NCBI GenBank assembly: GCA_965223905.1
Contig: CBDCXV010000011.1
Span: forward strand, 2,080,001-2,144,000
Direction of reading: 5' to 3'
Length of the DNA: 64,000 nt
Source of the DNA: Candidatus Latescibacterota bacterium
GTDB taxonomy: Bacteria > Latescibacterota > UBA2968 > UBA8231
Shown here: positions 51,812 to 60,393 of the stretch, in pieces
How the letters are laid out: each line of letters opens with the position of its first letter
How positions within the stretch are numbered: the first letter of the stretch is position 1
The notes under the pieces: generated by a model
Told to the model about the DNA's origin: nothing
Databases searched by the model: none
The model's input: the letters and a program-made list of their open reading frames with translations, nothing else
Position numbers and translations under genes: made by a program

Positions 51812-53558
51812 CATGTTTCCCTGGGATACCGACAAAACCTTCAGTAAGTACGGTATAGACTATCCCTATCATCGCAGTTACCAGCCCCCCAGGCATCCGG
51901 GGCGTTGGGACAATCCGTTTCTTGAACGGGCCCTTCAGAACGACACCATATTTGCAGACATCCAGGACCGCGTCAGGGAATTGAGTCTGACCCACTTCGA
52001 TCCGGAATATCTTTTCGCGCTGATAGACAGCCTTCAGGCGCTACTGGCCCCGAGTGTCGCACTTGACAGGACGGACGATGTTGCAGACCTGGCACAGTGG
52101 AGGAGGCAGATAAATTCCGAGCGCGGCTACATACAGTCGCGCGCTTCCCGCCTCCAGGAGCAATTCGAGAAATGGCCTTCCCCTTTCCAGACCCTGGGAC
52201 TGCGTTGGATCGAGGAAACTCCCTGGTTGGTCTGGCAAACCTCGGACAAATCCACCACCTACACCCTGAAGTACGGCAAGGAGCGCACGCTCCCCGAGGA
52301 CGGAACCCGGACAATTGAAGGCTTGACCGACACCGCTTACGCCCTTCAGTCGGACCTACCCTCCGGGAAGTATTTCTGGAATGTAGAAGCCTTCAACAGC
52401 TACGGGTCCTTCGAGGCTTTCGACAGCAAAGCCACTTTCGTTTTTACGAAACACCTGAGGGAGAGAACACCCGAAACCGACGATGTCGTAATTATCAACG
52501 AATTGAACTATCGCTCCGCCGATGATTTCGACGCTGGTGACTGGATAGAGTTGTACAACCCTCAGAATCGGACAATCGATGTTTCCGGGTGGTATCTCAA
52601 GGATAACCGGGACGACCATACTTTCTTTATCCCCAATTCCACCTATATCGGCAGAAATACCTATCTCGTTTTGTGCCAAAACAGGGACGATTTTCTGGCT
52701 CTATTCCCCAAGATCCGTACCTGCGCTGGAGACTGGGATTTTGGGCTGGATCGCGCCTCCGAATCAGTCAGGGTCTTTGATTCCAACGGGACGTTGGTCG
52801 ATTTCGTTGCTTACCGAAACGAACTTCCCTGGCCTGTCGAGGCTGACGGGACAGGCTCAACTCTTCAGCTTATCAAGGCTGAATCGGACAATCGGTCGGC
52901 AGCAAACTGGGGGGCATCCTCCCGGCACGGGTCTCCGGGGGAGGCCAATGATCCAATCCGTCTCCCAGCAGGGGAAGCCATGAGCAGTTACCCGAATCCC
53001 TTTAATGAGGCCACCACCATTTCTTTTTTCCTTTTTGAAGGAGCCCTGTGTTCCTTGACTATTTTCGACATTCGAGGGGCCCAGATCATCAAGTTGTTGG
53101 ACGAATGGAGACCCTCGGGTTTTCACCAAGTGATCTGGGATGGGAACAATCAAAAAAACAATCGTGTAGCAAGCGGCGTGTACATTGCTCACCTGAAAGG
53201 TCCTGAGGGAATTGGCGAGGCCCAAAAGATTGTCCTGCTCAGGTAGTCCGCTGAGCAACATGTAGGGTGCTTGTGTTTCACAGAAAAAAGCCTGGCTTCC
53301 TTACCTGCGAGTTCGCGGGGCTGGGAGAGTTTCGCACCTGTTTCAGTTTGCAGAGTGCAGCTGAAAATGGGAGAACGCCTCCGGCTACCGAGTACCACCG
53401 GGACGCGAAAGGGTTAAACCTCGAACGCTGATACAGCCCTTTCGTGAGGGGCACTTCAGGATGCTGGTGCATCCGTGCCGGCAGGTGCCACGGTTCTCAA
53501 AAATGGTATGGCTTGAGTTCTGCGTGTATGCACTGCTGGGGGTAGCGGTGCTGATTGA

Positions 53559-53635
53559 TGGTGGGCGATGCCGGGCTCGAACCAGCGACCCCCTGCTTGT
53601 AAGGCAGGTGCTCTGACCAACTGAGCTAATCGCCC
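53559..53635 (-). tRNA. tRNA-Val(TAC)
   Basis: Reverse complement GGGCGATTAGCTCAGTTGGTCAGAGCACCTGCCTTACAAGCAGGGGGTCGCTGGTTCGAGCCCGGCATCGCCCACCA folds as a cloverleaf with TAC anticodon and encoded CCA. Confidence 0.97.
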
Positions 53636-53736
53636 CCGGCAGAAGAAGGTAGCGGCTCATCCCGAGGGGGGCAAAGGTCCGCCCGCAGAGCTCTCCCTCC
53701 TCCGTCCGCCCCTGGCAACCTCCCGGCGGGTGAAAA

Positions 53737-53766
53737 TTGACCGTCCCCAACCCGCCGGGTTATATT
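53737..53766 (+). promoter_or_regulatory. Putative sigma70 promoter for the tyrS leader
   Basis: TTGACC-N18-TATATT. Confidence 0.55.
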
Positions 53767-53802
53767 CGGCTATCCTGTTAATCAAAATTGGCAACTGATT
53801 GC

Positions 53803-53844
53803 ATGACACGACGCGTTCACAGCGAGTATCGCTATACCCCCTGA
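53803..53844 (+). CDS. Putative tyrS leader peptide MTRRVHSEYRYTP
   Basis: 13-codon ORF with two TAT codons, lying between the promoter and a terminator upstream of tyrS. Confidence 0.6.
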   Translation: MTRRVHSEYRYTP

Positions 53845-53878
53845 AGGGGCTAGCGCCGCGTTGCGTCCAGCGTGTTCG

Positions 53879-53912
53879 AGCCCCCGATAACGCTTCGGGG
53901 GGCTTTTTCTTT
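53879..53912 (+). terminator. Intrinsic terminator in the tyrS leader (attenuator)
   Basis: agcccccga-taacgct-tcggggggct followed by a T-rich tail, about 30 nt before the tyrS ATG. Confidence 0.8.
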
Positions 53913-53942
53913 GTACGCCAACCAACGGCATCCAGGCGGCTT

Positions 53943-55190
53943 ATGAACATTCTCGATGATCTTCAGAACCGGGGGCTCGTCTACCAGGTCACCGACGGCC
54001 TCGAAGAGCGGCTGCGGCAGTCCGCGCCGCTGACCGTGTACGCCGGCTTCGATCCGACGGCCGACAGCCTCCAGATCGGCAACCTCGTCACCGCGCTGCT
54101 GCTGCGGCGTTTCCAGCAAGCCGGACACGTGCCGATCGCCCTGGTCGGCGGCGGCACCGGTCTCATAGGGGATCCGGGCGGCAGGTCGGAGGAGCGCGCC
54201 CTCAATCCCGCCGAAACCGTGGCGGCGTGGGCGGAGAAGATCAGGGCCCAGCTCGAGCCCTACCTCGACTTCAATTCGCGCACAAACCCCGCGATCCTCG
54301 TCAACAACTACGACTGGCTCGGAAAGGTCGGGGCCATCGACCTGATGCGGGACGTCGGCAAGCACTTCCCGGTCCCCTACATGCTCGCCAAGGACTCGGT
54401 CGCCTCCCGTCTCGAGGTGGGGATCTCCTACACCGAGTTCAGCTACATGGTGCTGCAGGCCTTCGACTTCCTCGAGCTGAACGAGCGCTACGGCTGCGAG
54501 GCGCAGCTCGGCGGCAGCGACCAGTGGGGGAACATCACCGCCGGGGTCGACCTGATCCGGCGCTCCGCGGGGCGCCGGGCCTACGGCCTCACCAACCCCC
54601 TGGTCACCAAGGCGGACGGCAGCAAGTTCGGCAAGACCGAGGGCAATACCGTATGGCTCGACGGCTCCCTCACCTCGCCCTACGAGTTCTACCAGTTCTG
54701 GATCAACGCCGACGACGCCAGCGCCCTGAACTACCTGAAGGTCTTCACCTTTCTCGGGGGGGACGAGATCGAGGCGCTCGCGCAGGCGACCGCGGAGAAC
54801 CCGGGCCGGCGGGAAGCCCAGCGCGTGCTGGCCCGGGAGGTGACGGCGCTGGCGCACGGGCCCGACGCGGCCGCCAAGGCCGGGAAGATCTCCACGGCCC
54901 TGTTCTACGGGGATCTCGGCGAGCTCGAGGAGGACGAAATCGAGCTGGGGTTTCACGACGTCCCGACCTACCGGATGAGCGAGCCGGAGCTCGGGCTCGT
55001 CGATCTCCTGGTCGCGGCCGGGATCTCGCCGTCGAAACGGCAGGCGCGCCAGGACATCGGCAGCGGCGCCATCTACGTCAACGGCGAGCGCTGCACCGAG
55101 CTCGACCGCCTCATGCGCACCCGCGACGGCCTGCACGGGAAATACCTCGTCCTGCGCCGCGGCAAGAGCAAGTACTTCCTGATCAGATAA
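53943..55190 (+). CDS. tyrS: Tyrosine--tRNA ligase
   Basis: YAGFDPTADSLQIGN, GGGTGLIGDP, GGSDQWGNI and KFGKT; C-terminal S4-like domain LRRGK. Confidence 0.97.
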   Translation: MNILDDLQNRGLVYQVTDGLEERLRQSAPLTVYAGFDPTADSLQIGNLVTALLLRRFQQAGHVPIALVGGGTGLIGDPGGRSEERALNPAETVAAWAEKIRAQLEPYLDFNSRTNPAILVNNYDWLGKVGAIDLMRDVGKHFPVPYMLAKDSVASRLEVGISYTEFSYMVLQAFDFLELNERYGCEAQLGGSDQWGNITAGVDLIRRSAGRRAYGLTNPLVTKADGSKFGKTEGNTVWLDGSLTSPYEFYQFWINADDASALNYLKVFTFLGGDEIEALAQATAENPGRREAQRVLAREVTALAHGPDAAAKAGKISTALFYGDLGELEEDEIELGFHDVPTYRMSEPELGLVDLLVAAGISPSKRQARQDIGSGAIYVNGERCTELDRLMRTRDGLHGKYLVLRRGKSKYFLIR

Positions 55191-55256
55191 GGCAGCGGCC
55201 GCGGAAACGGGAGAAGGACCCGTTCCGCGAAAACGACCGCGGCCGGCCGGCCCGCC

Positions 55257-57074
55257 TCATTCCCACTCGACGGTGGCCGGCGGCTTGTGGGTGATGTCGT
55301 AGTAGACGGCCTCGATCCCGTCGAGGTCGAGCAGCTTTCCGGTTACCTCTGCCAGGAAGGCCTCCGAAAGGCGATCGAAGCGGGCGGTCATGAAGTCGTC
55401 GGTGGTGACCGGGCGCAGCACGATGCTCTCGCCGCGCCCGTCCGAAGAGAGCGGTACCAGCACCGCCGGCATCTGCGTCACCGCGGCCATCAGCCCGTGG
55501 CGCTCCAGGGCTTCCATGGCGATCGCGTCCGCCTCCCGCAGCAGGTCGAGCCGCTCCCGCGTCAGGTACCCCTCCTTGAGGCGCTGATCCAGTCTTCGTT
55601 CCGGTCCGAGCTGCAGGACGACGCGGTTCACCTGCGGCAGCCTGTTCGTCAGCTCCGTGCTCAGCCGCTCCAGTAGGTCCCAGTCGATGGCCGCCGGGGC
55701 CGCCCCGGGGCCGGAGATCCGCACCGGGTGGGCGTAGCTGCGGCCGTCTCCCTGAACGCCGACGCTGCGCAGCGGCAGCAGGTCCGCGGTGAGGCCGGAG
55801 GCCACCGCTTCGGCCGCGACCTCGCCGGGCACCTGCGCCCCCGCGGCGCCGTCCGCCTCCCCGTCGCTGCACAGCACCCGCACCGCGAGGCCGGGTCCGG
55901 GGAACGGGTGGCGCCAGACCAGGCGGCGCGGCAGCCCGAGCTTCTCTCCCAGCTCCCGCACCTCGTCCTTGTACAGGTCGCCGAGGGGCTCGACGATCTT
56001 TCCTTCGGCGAGCAGCTGCTCGACGACGGGGACGCGGTTGTGGTGGGTCTTGATGGTCTCGGCGTGGTCCGTCCCGCCCGACTCGATGCGGTCGGTGTAG
56101 AGGGTCCCCTGCCCCAGCAGCCACTCCTCGGGATCGAGGGCGAGCTCTTCGAGGGCGCGGTCGCGGGTGCGGATGAACTCGTCGCCGATGCGCAGGCGCT
56201 TGACCTCCGGATCGCTGACCCCGGCGACCGCGGCGAGGAACTCCCGGCCGGCGTCGACGACCTTGAGGTTCTCGAACCCGGATTCCCGCATCAGCTCCGC
56301 GACCGTTGCGGTCTCGTTCTTGCGCATGAAGCCGTTGTCGATGTGCAGGCCGAGCACGCGGTCGCTGCCCAGGGCCCTGTTGAGGAGCAGGAAGCAGACG
56401 CTCGAATCGACGCCGCCGCTGACGAACAGGAACAGCTTGCGGCCGGCGCAGCGCTCTCGCAGCGAGGCCACCGACTCGCCGATGAAGTTCTCCATCGTCC
56501 AGGTGCGCTCGCACCCGCACAGGTCGAGGAAGTTGTCGAGAATCCGCATCCCCGACTCGGTGTGGGTGACCTCGGGGTGGAACTGCATGCCCCAGATGCG
56601 GCGTTCCCGGTCCCCCATCGCCGCCACCGGACAGTCCTCGGTCTCGCCGAGGCGCTCGAATCCCGGCGGCATTTCCGCGACCGTGTCGCGGTGGCTCATC
56701 CAGATGCTTTCCACCGGCGCCAGGCCGCGCAGCACCCCGGTCGGCGAGTGCACGCGCAGCGACGCCGCGCCGAACTCCATCCTGTCGCCCGGTTCGACCC
56801 GCCCTCCGAGGTGGTGGCAGAGCAGCTGGTGGCCGTAGCAGAGTCCCAGCAGCGGCAGGCCGCAGGAGGCGATCTCCGGATCGAACGGCGGCCGGTCCTC
56901 GGCGTACACGCTCGCCGGCCCCCCGGACAGGACGATGCCGCGGGCGCGCCGAAGGCGGTCGGGGGGCGTGTCCGGAGGGAGGGTCTCTGCGTAGACGTTG
57001 AGGCGGCGGATGCGGTTGGCGATCAGGTGGGCGTACTGACCACCGAAGTCGAGGACGGCGATGCCGGGGTTCAC
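55257..57074 (-). CDS. guaA: Glutamine-hydrolysing GMP synthase (long form)
   Basis: LDFGGQY, GLCYGHQ, QFHPEV, SGGVDS, KTHHN, RHPFPGPGL and KPPATVEWE motifs. Confidence 0.95.
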   Translation of the reverse strand: MNPGIAVLDFGGQYAHLIANRIRRLNVYAETLPPDTPPDRLRRARGIVLSGGPASVYAEDRPPFDPEIASCGLPLLGLCYGHQLLCHHLGGRVEPGDRMEFGAASLRVHSPTGVLRGLAPVESIWMSHRDTVAEMPPGFERLGETEDCPVAAMGDRERRIWGMQFHPEVTHTESGMRILDNFLDLCGCERTWTMENFIGESVASLRERCAGRKLFLFVSGGVDSSVCFLLLNRALGSDRVLGLHIDNGFMRKNETATVAELMRESGFENLKVVDAGREFLAAVAGVSDPEVKRLRIGDEFIRTRDRALEELALDPEEWLLGQGTLYTDRIESGGTDHAETIKTHHNRVPVVEQLLAEGKIVEPLGDLYKDEVRELGEKLGLPRRLVWRHPFPGPGLAVRVLCSDGEADGAAGAQVPGEVAAEAVASGLTADLLPLRSVGVQGDGRSYAHPVRISGPGAAPAAIDWDLLERLSTELTNRLPQVNRVVLQLGPERRLDQRLKEGYLTRERLDLLREADAIAMEALERHGLMAAVTQMPAVLVPLSSDGRGESIVLRPVTTDDFMTARFDRLSEAFLAEVTGKLLDLDGIEAVYYDITHKPPATVEWE

Positions 57075-57278
57075 GGCGTGCTCCCCCGGGGAGAGGGTGG
57101 CTGTCGAAACGTGGGGAGAGGCCGGAATATAGCTCCGGCGGACCGCGGTGCAACCGCTCGATACCGCGGGGCGCGTCTGCTGTCGAGTCCGCACGGAAAA
57201 CACCCGGGCCAGCCTGGCCCGGTATGGTTGCCGACAGGCGACCCCGTCCGAAAAAGGCTCGACGGTCGCCGCCAGGCC

Positions 57279-60023
57279 TCACCGGACCAGGGTCATCTTC
57301 CGCCTCAGGACCAGCGCCCCGACCCTGAACTGGCAGTAGTACACCCCGGACCCCGCCCGGTACCCGGACTCGTCGGTACCGTCCCAGACCGCATCGTAGA
57401 TCCCCGGGGCGGCCCGAGCCCTGGCGAGGCGGCGCACCAGGCCGCCGGTCAGGTTGCGCACCTCCAGGGACATCTCCGACTGGTGCGACAGCGACGCGTG
57501 GAGGATGCCGACGGAATAACGGATCCGGGTCGAAGCGTTGAACGGGTTGGGGAAATTCTGCTTCAGCTCGAAGGCGACCGGCACGCGGGGATCGAAGTTC
57601 AGCCAGGGGCGCCAGGCGACCGGGCCGGAAATACGCTCGGCGATCCAGGTTTCGTCGTCCCTTCCCCACCAGTTGTTGTCGGCCAGCAGCTCCAGCGACG
57701 ACTCGTTGTCGATCAGCCGGGTCGCCCCTTCCACGGCGTTGAGCTCGAGACGTTCGGGCAGGCGAAGACCGGAGACCTGGAATACCAGTTCGTTGTCGGC
57801 GAAGTAGTTGTCGACGATGCTGAGCCCGGCGCTTTTTGCGACCACGGCGACGCGGTGGCGCTCGAAGTGGTTCTGCTCGATCAGGACCTCCTCGGAGCCG
57901 ATGCCGAGAACCCCCGTGCCCCCGGAAAAGCGATTGCCGCTTACCTGGCCGCGGGTGAGCCGGCCCAGGAGGAGATTGGCCGCATCCGGCGCCTCCGATC
58001 CGTTTCCCTCGAATTCATTGTCCAGGCAGGTGAGCGGGCCTCCGACCCGCACCAAGCCGCTGGCGGCGCTGTCCTCGATGCGGCTGTCCGCGACCACCAC
58101 GCTTCGGGCCCATCCCGTGACTACGACGCCGTTGGCGCCGGCGTTGCGAACCAGCAGGCCCTCGAAGCTGATCGGGGCGTTTTCGGAGTTGATCCGCACC
58201 CCGTTTGCGGCCGTGTTGGAAATCGTCACGCTGTCGAGGGCCAGGCGCCTGTGCAAGCTTTCCGACGAGATCGCCTCGGTGGCGAAGTCGATGTCGCATT
58301 CCCGCAAGGTGACGCTTCCGGAAGAAAGGATGTCGAATCCTCTCCAGTCCCCTGGCCCCGGCCGGGGACCGGCCGGAATGATGCGGCTGCGACGGCCCCC
58401 GGAGCGAGAGACGAAATCCCCCAGGACGACGATCTCGCAGTGGTCGGGATCTCTCCCGCCGCGGCGCTGGTCCTCCGTCACCAGCACCGTCGTACCGTTC
58501 AGCATTGTCACCGTCACCTCCGGTCCGACGGTGAGGTCGCCGACCAGCTCCATGGTGTCGGCCCATACGTCCCGCGCAGCGATGATCCCGGCGCGCCTGC
58601 GGTCGTTCAACTGCACGTCGGCGACCATGGCCTCCCCCTCGCGGCGGATGTTCGAGATGCTGATCCCCCTCGGTGCCGCAGGATTGGAGATGACCGAGAA
58701 ATCGGTAAAGACCGTGCCGTCGAAGACGTCGGTGGCGTCGCCGAAATTGCCGCCGTAGCGGGTGCTGTACTCTTCGTCGCGGGACCAGAAATCGAGGTTG
58801 TCCCGGCCGACTTCGTACCCCTTCTCCCTGCCGGCGGGATACCCGGCGTCGCGGTAGAGTCCGTCGGCGCAGACGAGGTCCACCTTCTTCCACTCTTCGT
58901 CATTGTTGAGGAACGCGTGCTCGTCTATTTCCCAGATCAGCAGGCCCTCCGCTGGCAGGTTGCGGTCGTAGTAGCTGTTGGCGCGGCCGCGGTGCTCGAC
59001 GAGGAGGTAGCGGGACTCGGTCACCGGTATCAGGACGACGTCGCCGCCGGCGTTCACGTCCTCGAAGACCAGGCCCCTGGCATCGGAATCGAGGCGGCGC
59101 AGGCGGCTGTTCGCCACGCCGAGCCAGCCCAGCTTCGCCAGGCTCCAGGCAGACAGCGGGTTCGGCCCGCCGCCCCCCCAGCCCAGGGCCCCGTGGCCCA
59201 TCAGGCCCCAGTTGCCGATCCCGGCCGAGTCATCGGCAGGACGGACCTCCTGGCTCGCCCGGATGAGGTCGGTATCGTAGAGATCCGGAAGCCCGAGGGT
59301 GTGGACGAACTCGTGGCACATGCTGCCCGTGGCCGCGGCGAAGTGCACGCCCTGCTGCGTCACCCCGTTCTCTATGCGGATGAACCCCCCGCCCGCGCCG
59401 CGGTCGTCGGTCCAGAAGGAGCGCCCCGCCCACCCTAGGGTGGCGACGCCGGTGGCGTTCCTGATGATGAAGCCCGGCGGCGTCGAGCGGGCGATCACGA
59501 ACAGGAAATCGACGATGCCGTCGTCGTCACCGGAGTCGGGCACCCCGTCGGGGCCGTCGTTGTCGTAGCGGCTGTAGTCGATCTCCTTGTCGGAGGCGGC
59601 GAGCAACTCGGCGACGTACTCGGCGTAAAGACCCGGCTCCCCTTCGACCGGGCTGAGATAGGCCGAGGCCGGTCCGGCCGCGGAGTACTCAGTGGGCAGG
59701 ACGGAGCCGGTGATCTCGTACTGGCCCCGCGACATCTCGATGAAGAAGTGGGTGAGGCTTCCTGGGCGGCCGGGATCGAAGAGATCTTCGGCGAAGGCGG
59801 GAGGGGCGTTGCCGGCGCGGGCTTTCTCGTCGGCGAAGCGGCCGAACAGGGCGACCGCATGGACTCTGCCGGTAACCGGAGCCGCGTCCAGGATCCCCTG
59901 CGCCGGTTTGGCGGCGGCGTGGGCGCACTGGAATCCGGCCTCGACAGCCGGCGCCCCGGTCTGCCCGCCGAGCAACAGGACGGCGAGAATGCCGCCTTCC
60001 GCGAGCGGGAAGCGGCGCATCAT
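57279..60023 (-). CDS. Secreted M6 (immune inhibitor A-like) metalloprotease + beta-helix + T9SS/FlgD-like tail
   Basis: YDNDGPDG.PDSGDDDGIVD, HEFVHTLGLPDLYD, WGLM, GLLIW; QNFPNPFN..GSGVYY..RKMTLVR. Confidence 0.85.
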   Translation of the reverse strand: MMRRFPLAEGGILAVLLLGGQTGAPAVEAGFQCAHAAAKPAQGILDAAPVTGRVHAVALFGRFADEKARAGNAPPAFAEDLFDPGRPGSLTHFFIEMSRGQYEITGSVLPTEYSAAGPASAYLSPVEGEPGLYAEYVAELLAASDKEIDYSRYDNDGPDGVPDSGDDDGIVDFLFVIARSTPPGFIIRNATGVATLGWAGRSFWTDDRGAGGGFIRIENGVTQQGVHFAAATGSMCHEFVHTLGLPDLYDTDLIRASQEVRPADDSAGIGNWGLMGHGALGWGGGGPNPLSAWSLAKLGWLGVANSRLRRLDSDARGLVFEDVNAGGDVVLIPVTESRYLLVEHRGRANSYYDRNLPAEGLLIWEIDEHAFLNNDEEWKKVDLVCADGLYRDAGYPAGREKGYEVGRDNLDFWSRDEEYSTRYGGNFGDATDVFDGTVFTDFSVISNPAAPRGISISNIRREGEAMVADVQLNDRRRAGIIAARDVWADTMELVGDLTVGPEVTVTMLNGTTVLVTEDQRRGGRDPDHCEIVVLGDFVSRSGGRRSRIIPAGPRPGPGDWRGFDILSSGSVTLRECDIDFATEAISSESLHRRLALDSVTISNTAANGVRINSENAPISFEGLLVRNAGANGVVVTGWARSVVVADSRIEDSAASGLVRVGGPLTCLDNEFEGNGSEAPDAANLLLGRLTRGQVSGNRFSGGTGVLGIGSEEVLIEQNHFERHRVAVVAKSAGLSIVDNYFADNELVFQVSGLRLPERLELNAVEGATRLIDNESSLELLADNNWWGRDDETWIAERISGPVAWRPWLNFDPRVPVAFELKQNFPNPFNASTRIRYSVGILHASLSHQSEMSLEVRNLTGGLVRRLARARAAPGIYDAVWDGTDESGYRAGSGVYYCQFRVGALVLRRKMTLVR

Positions 60024-60393
60024 CGCACCGCGGGATCGGCGTTGTGCCGTTTGCGCCCTGGTATCATCCAAGTTTCCGGGTAGGGCTGACAGTTCCTGCA
60101 CGCACCATTCCACGTGAATTCGATTCGGGCTGCGGTCCGGCGCGCAGGCATCGGCGCTCGAAAAGCCGGGACAATTGGCGATTTGCGGCCGTCGAGGGCC
60201 TCCCGGGTTCCCGGGTTTGAGGGGCCGCTGCTGGAACCATCCCGCCCGGTCCGGGTCCGTCCGCCGGGCCCCGTCATCTATTCGACGATTCGAGGAAGGT
60301 CGGGTTTCTCAGATCGGCAAAGCCAGGCCGGTGCTGCCGCCCGAAAGTCAGCGAAAAGGTAACTCGGCGTACCGGAGAGCGCCTTCGACCTCG

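Larger units (their letters stand above)
49477..53246 (+). pseudogene. Second CotH kinase + LTD + T9SS/FlgD-like tail gene, interrupted by ISL3
   Basis: RIRGDSSR..KKSLKI and HNYYM..GKWSMF before the IS; MFPWDTDKTF, IINELNY and SYPNPFN..ASGVY..KIVLLR after it; removing the IS and one TSD restores the frame. Confidence 0.9.

Noticed and set aside
53770-53940. T-box riboswitch for tyrS
   Set aside because: No TGGNACC T-box sequence and too short for stem I; the leader-peptide model fits better
54064-54085. QIGN in place of the HIGH motif in TyrRS
   Set aside because: All other motifs are intact; probably a tolerated variant
55728-59438. Very long antisense and alternate-frame ORFs (also 2947-5415, 11354-13381, 55183-57669)
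   Set aside because: Shadow ORFs expected from high-GC codon bias opposite or overlapping well-supported genes
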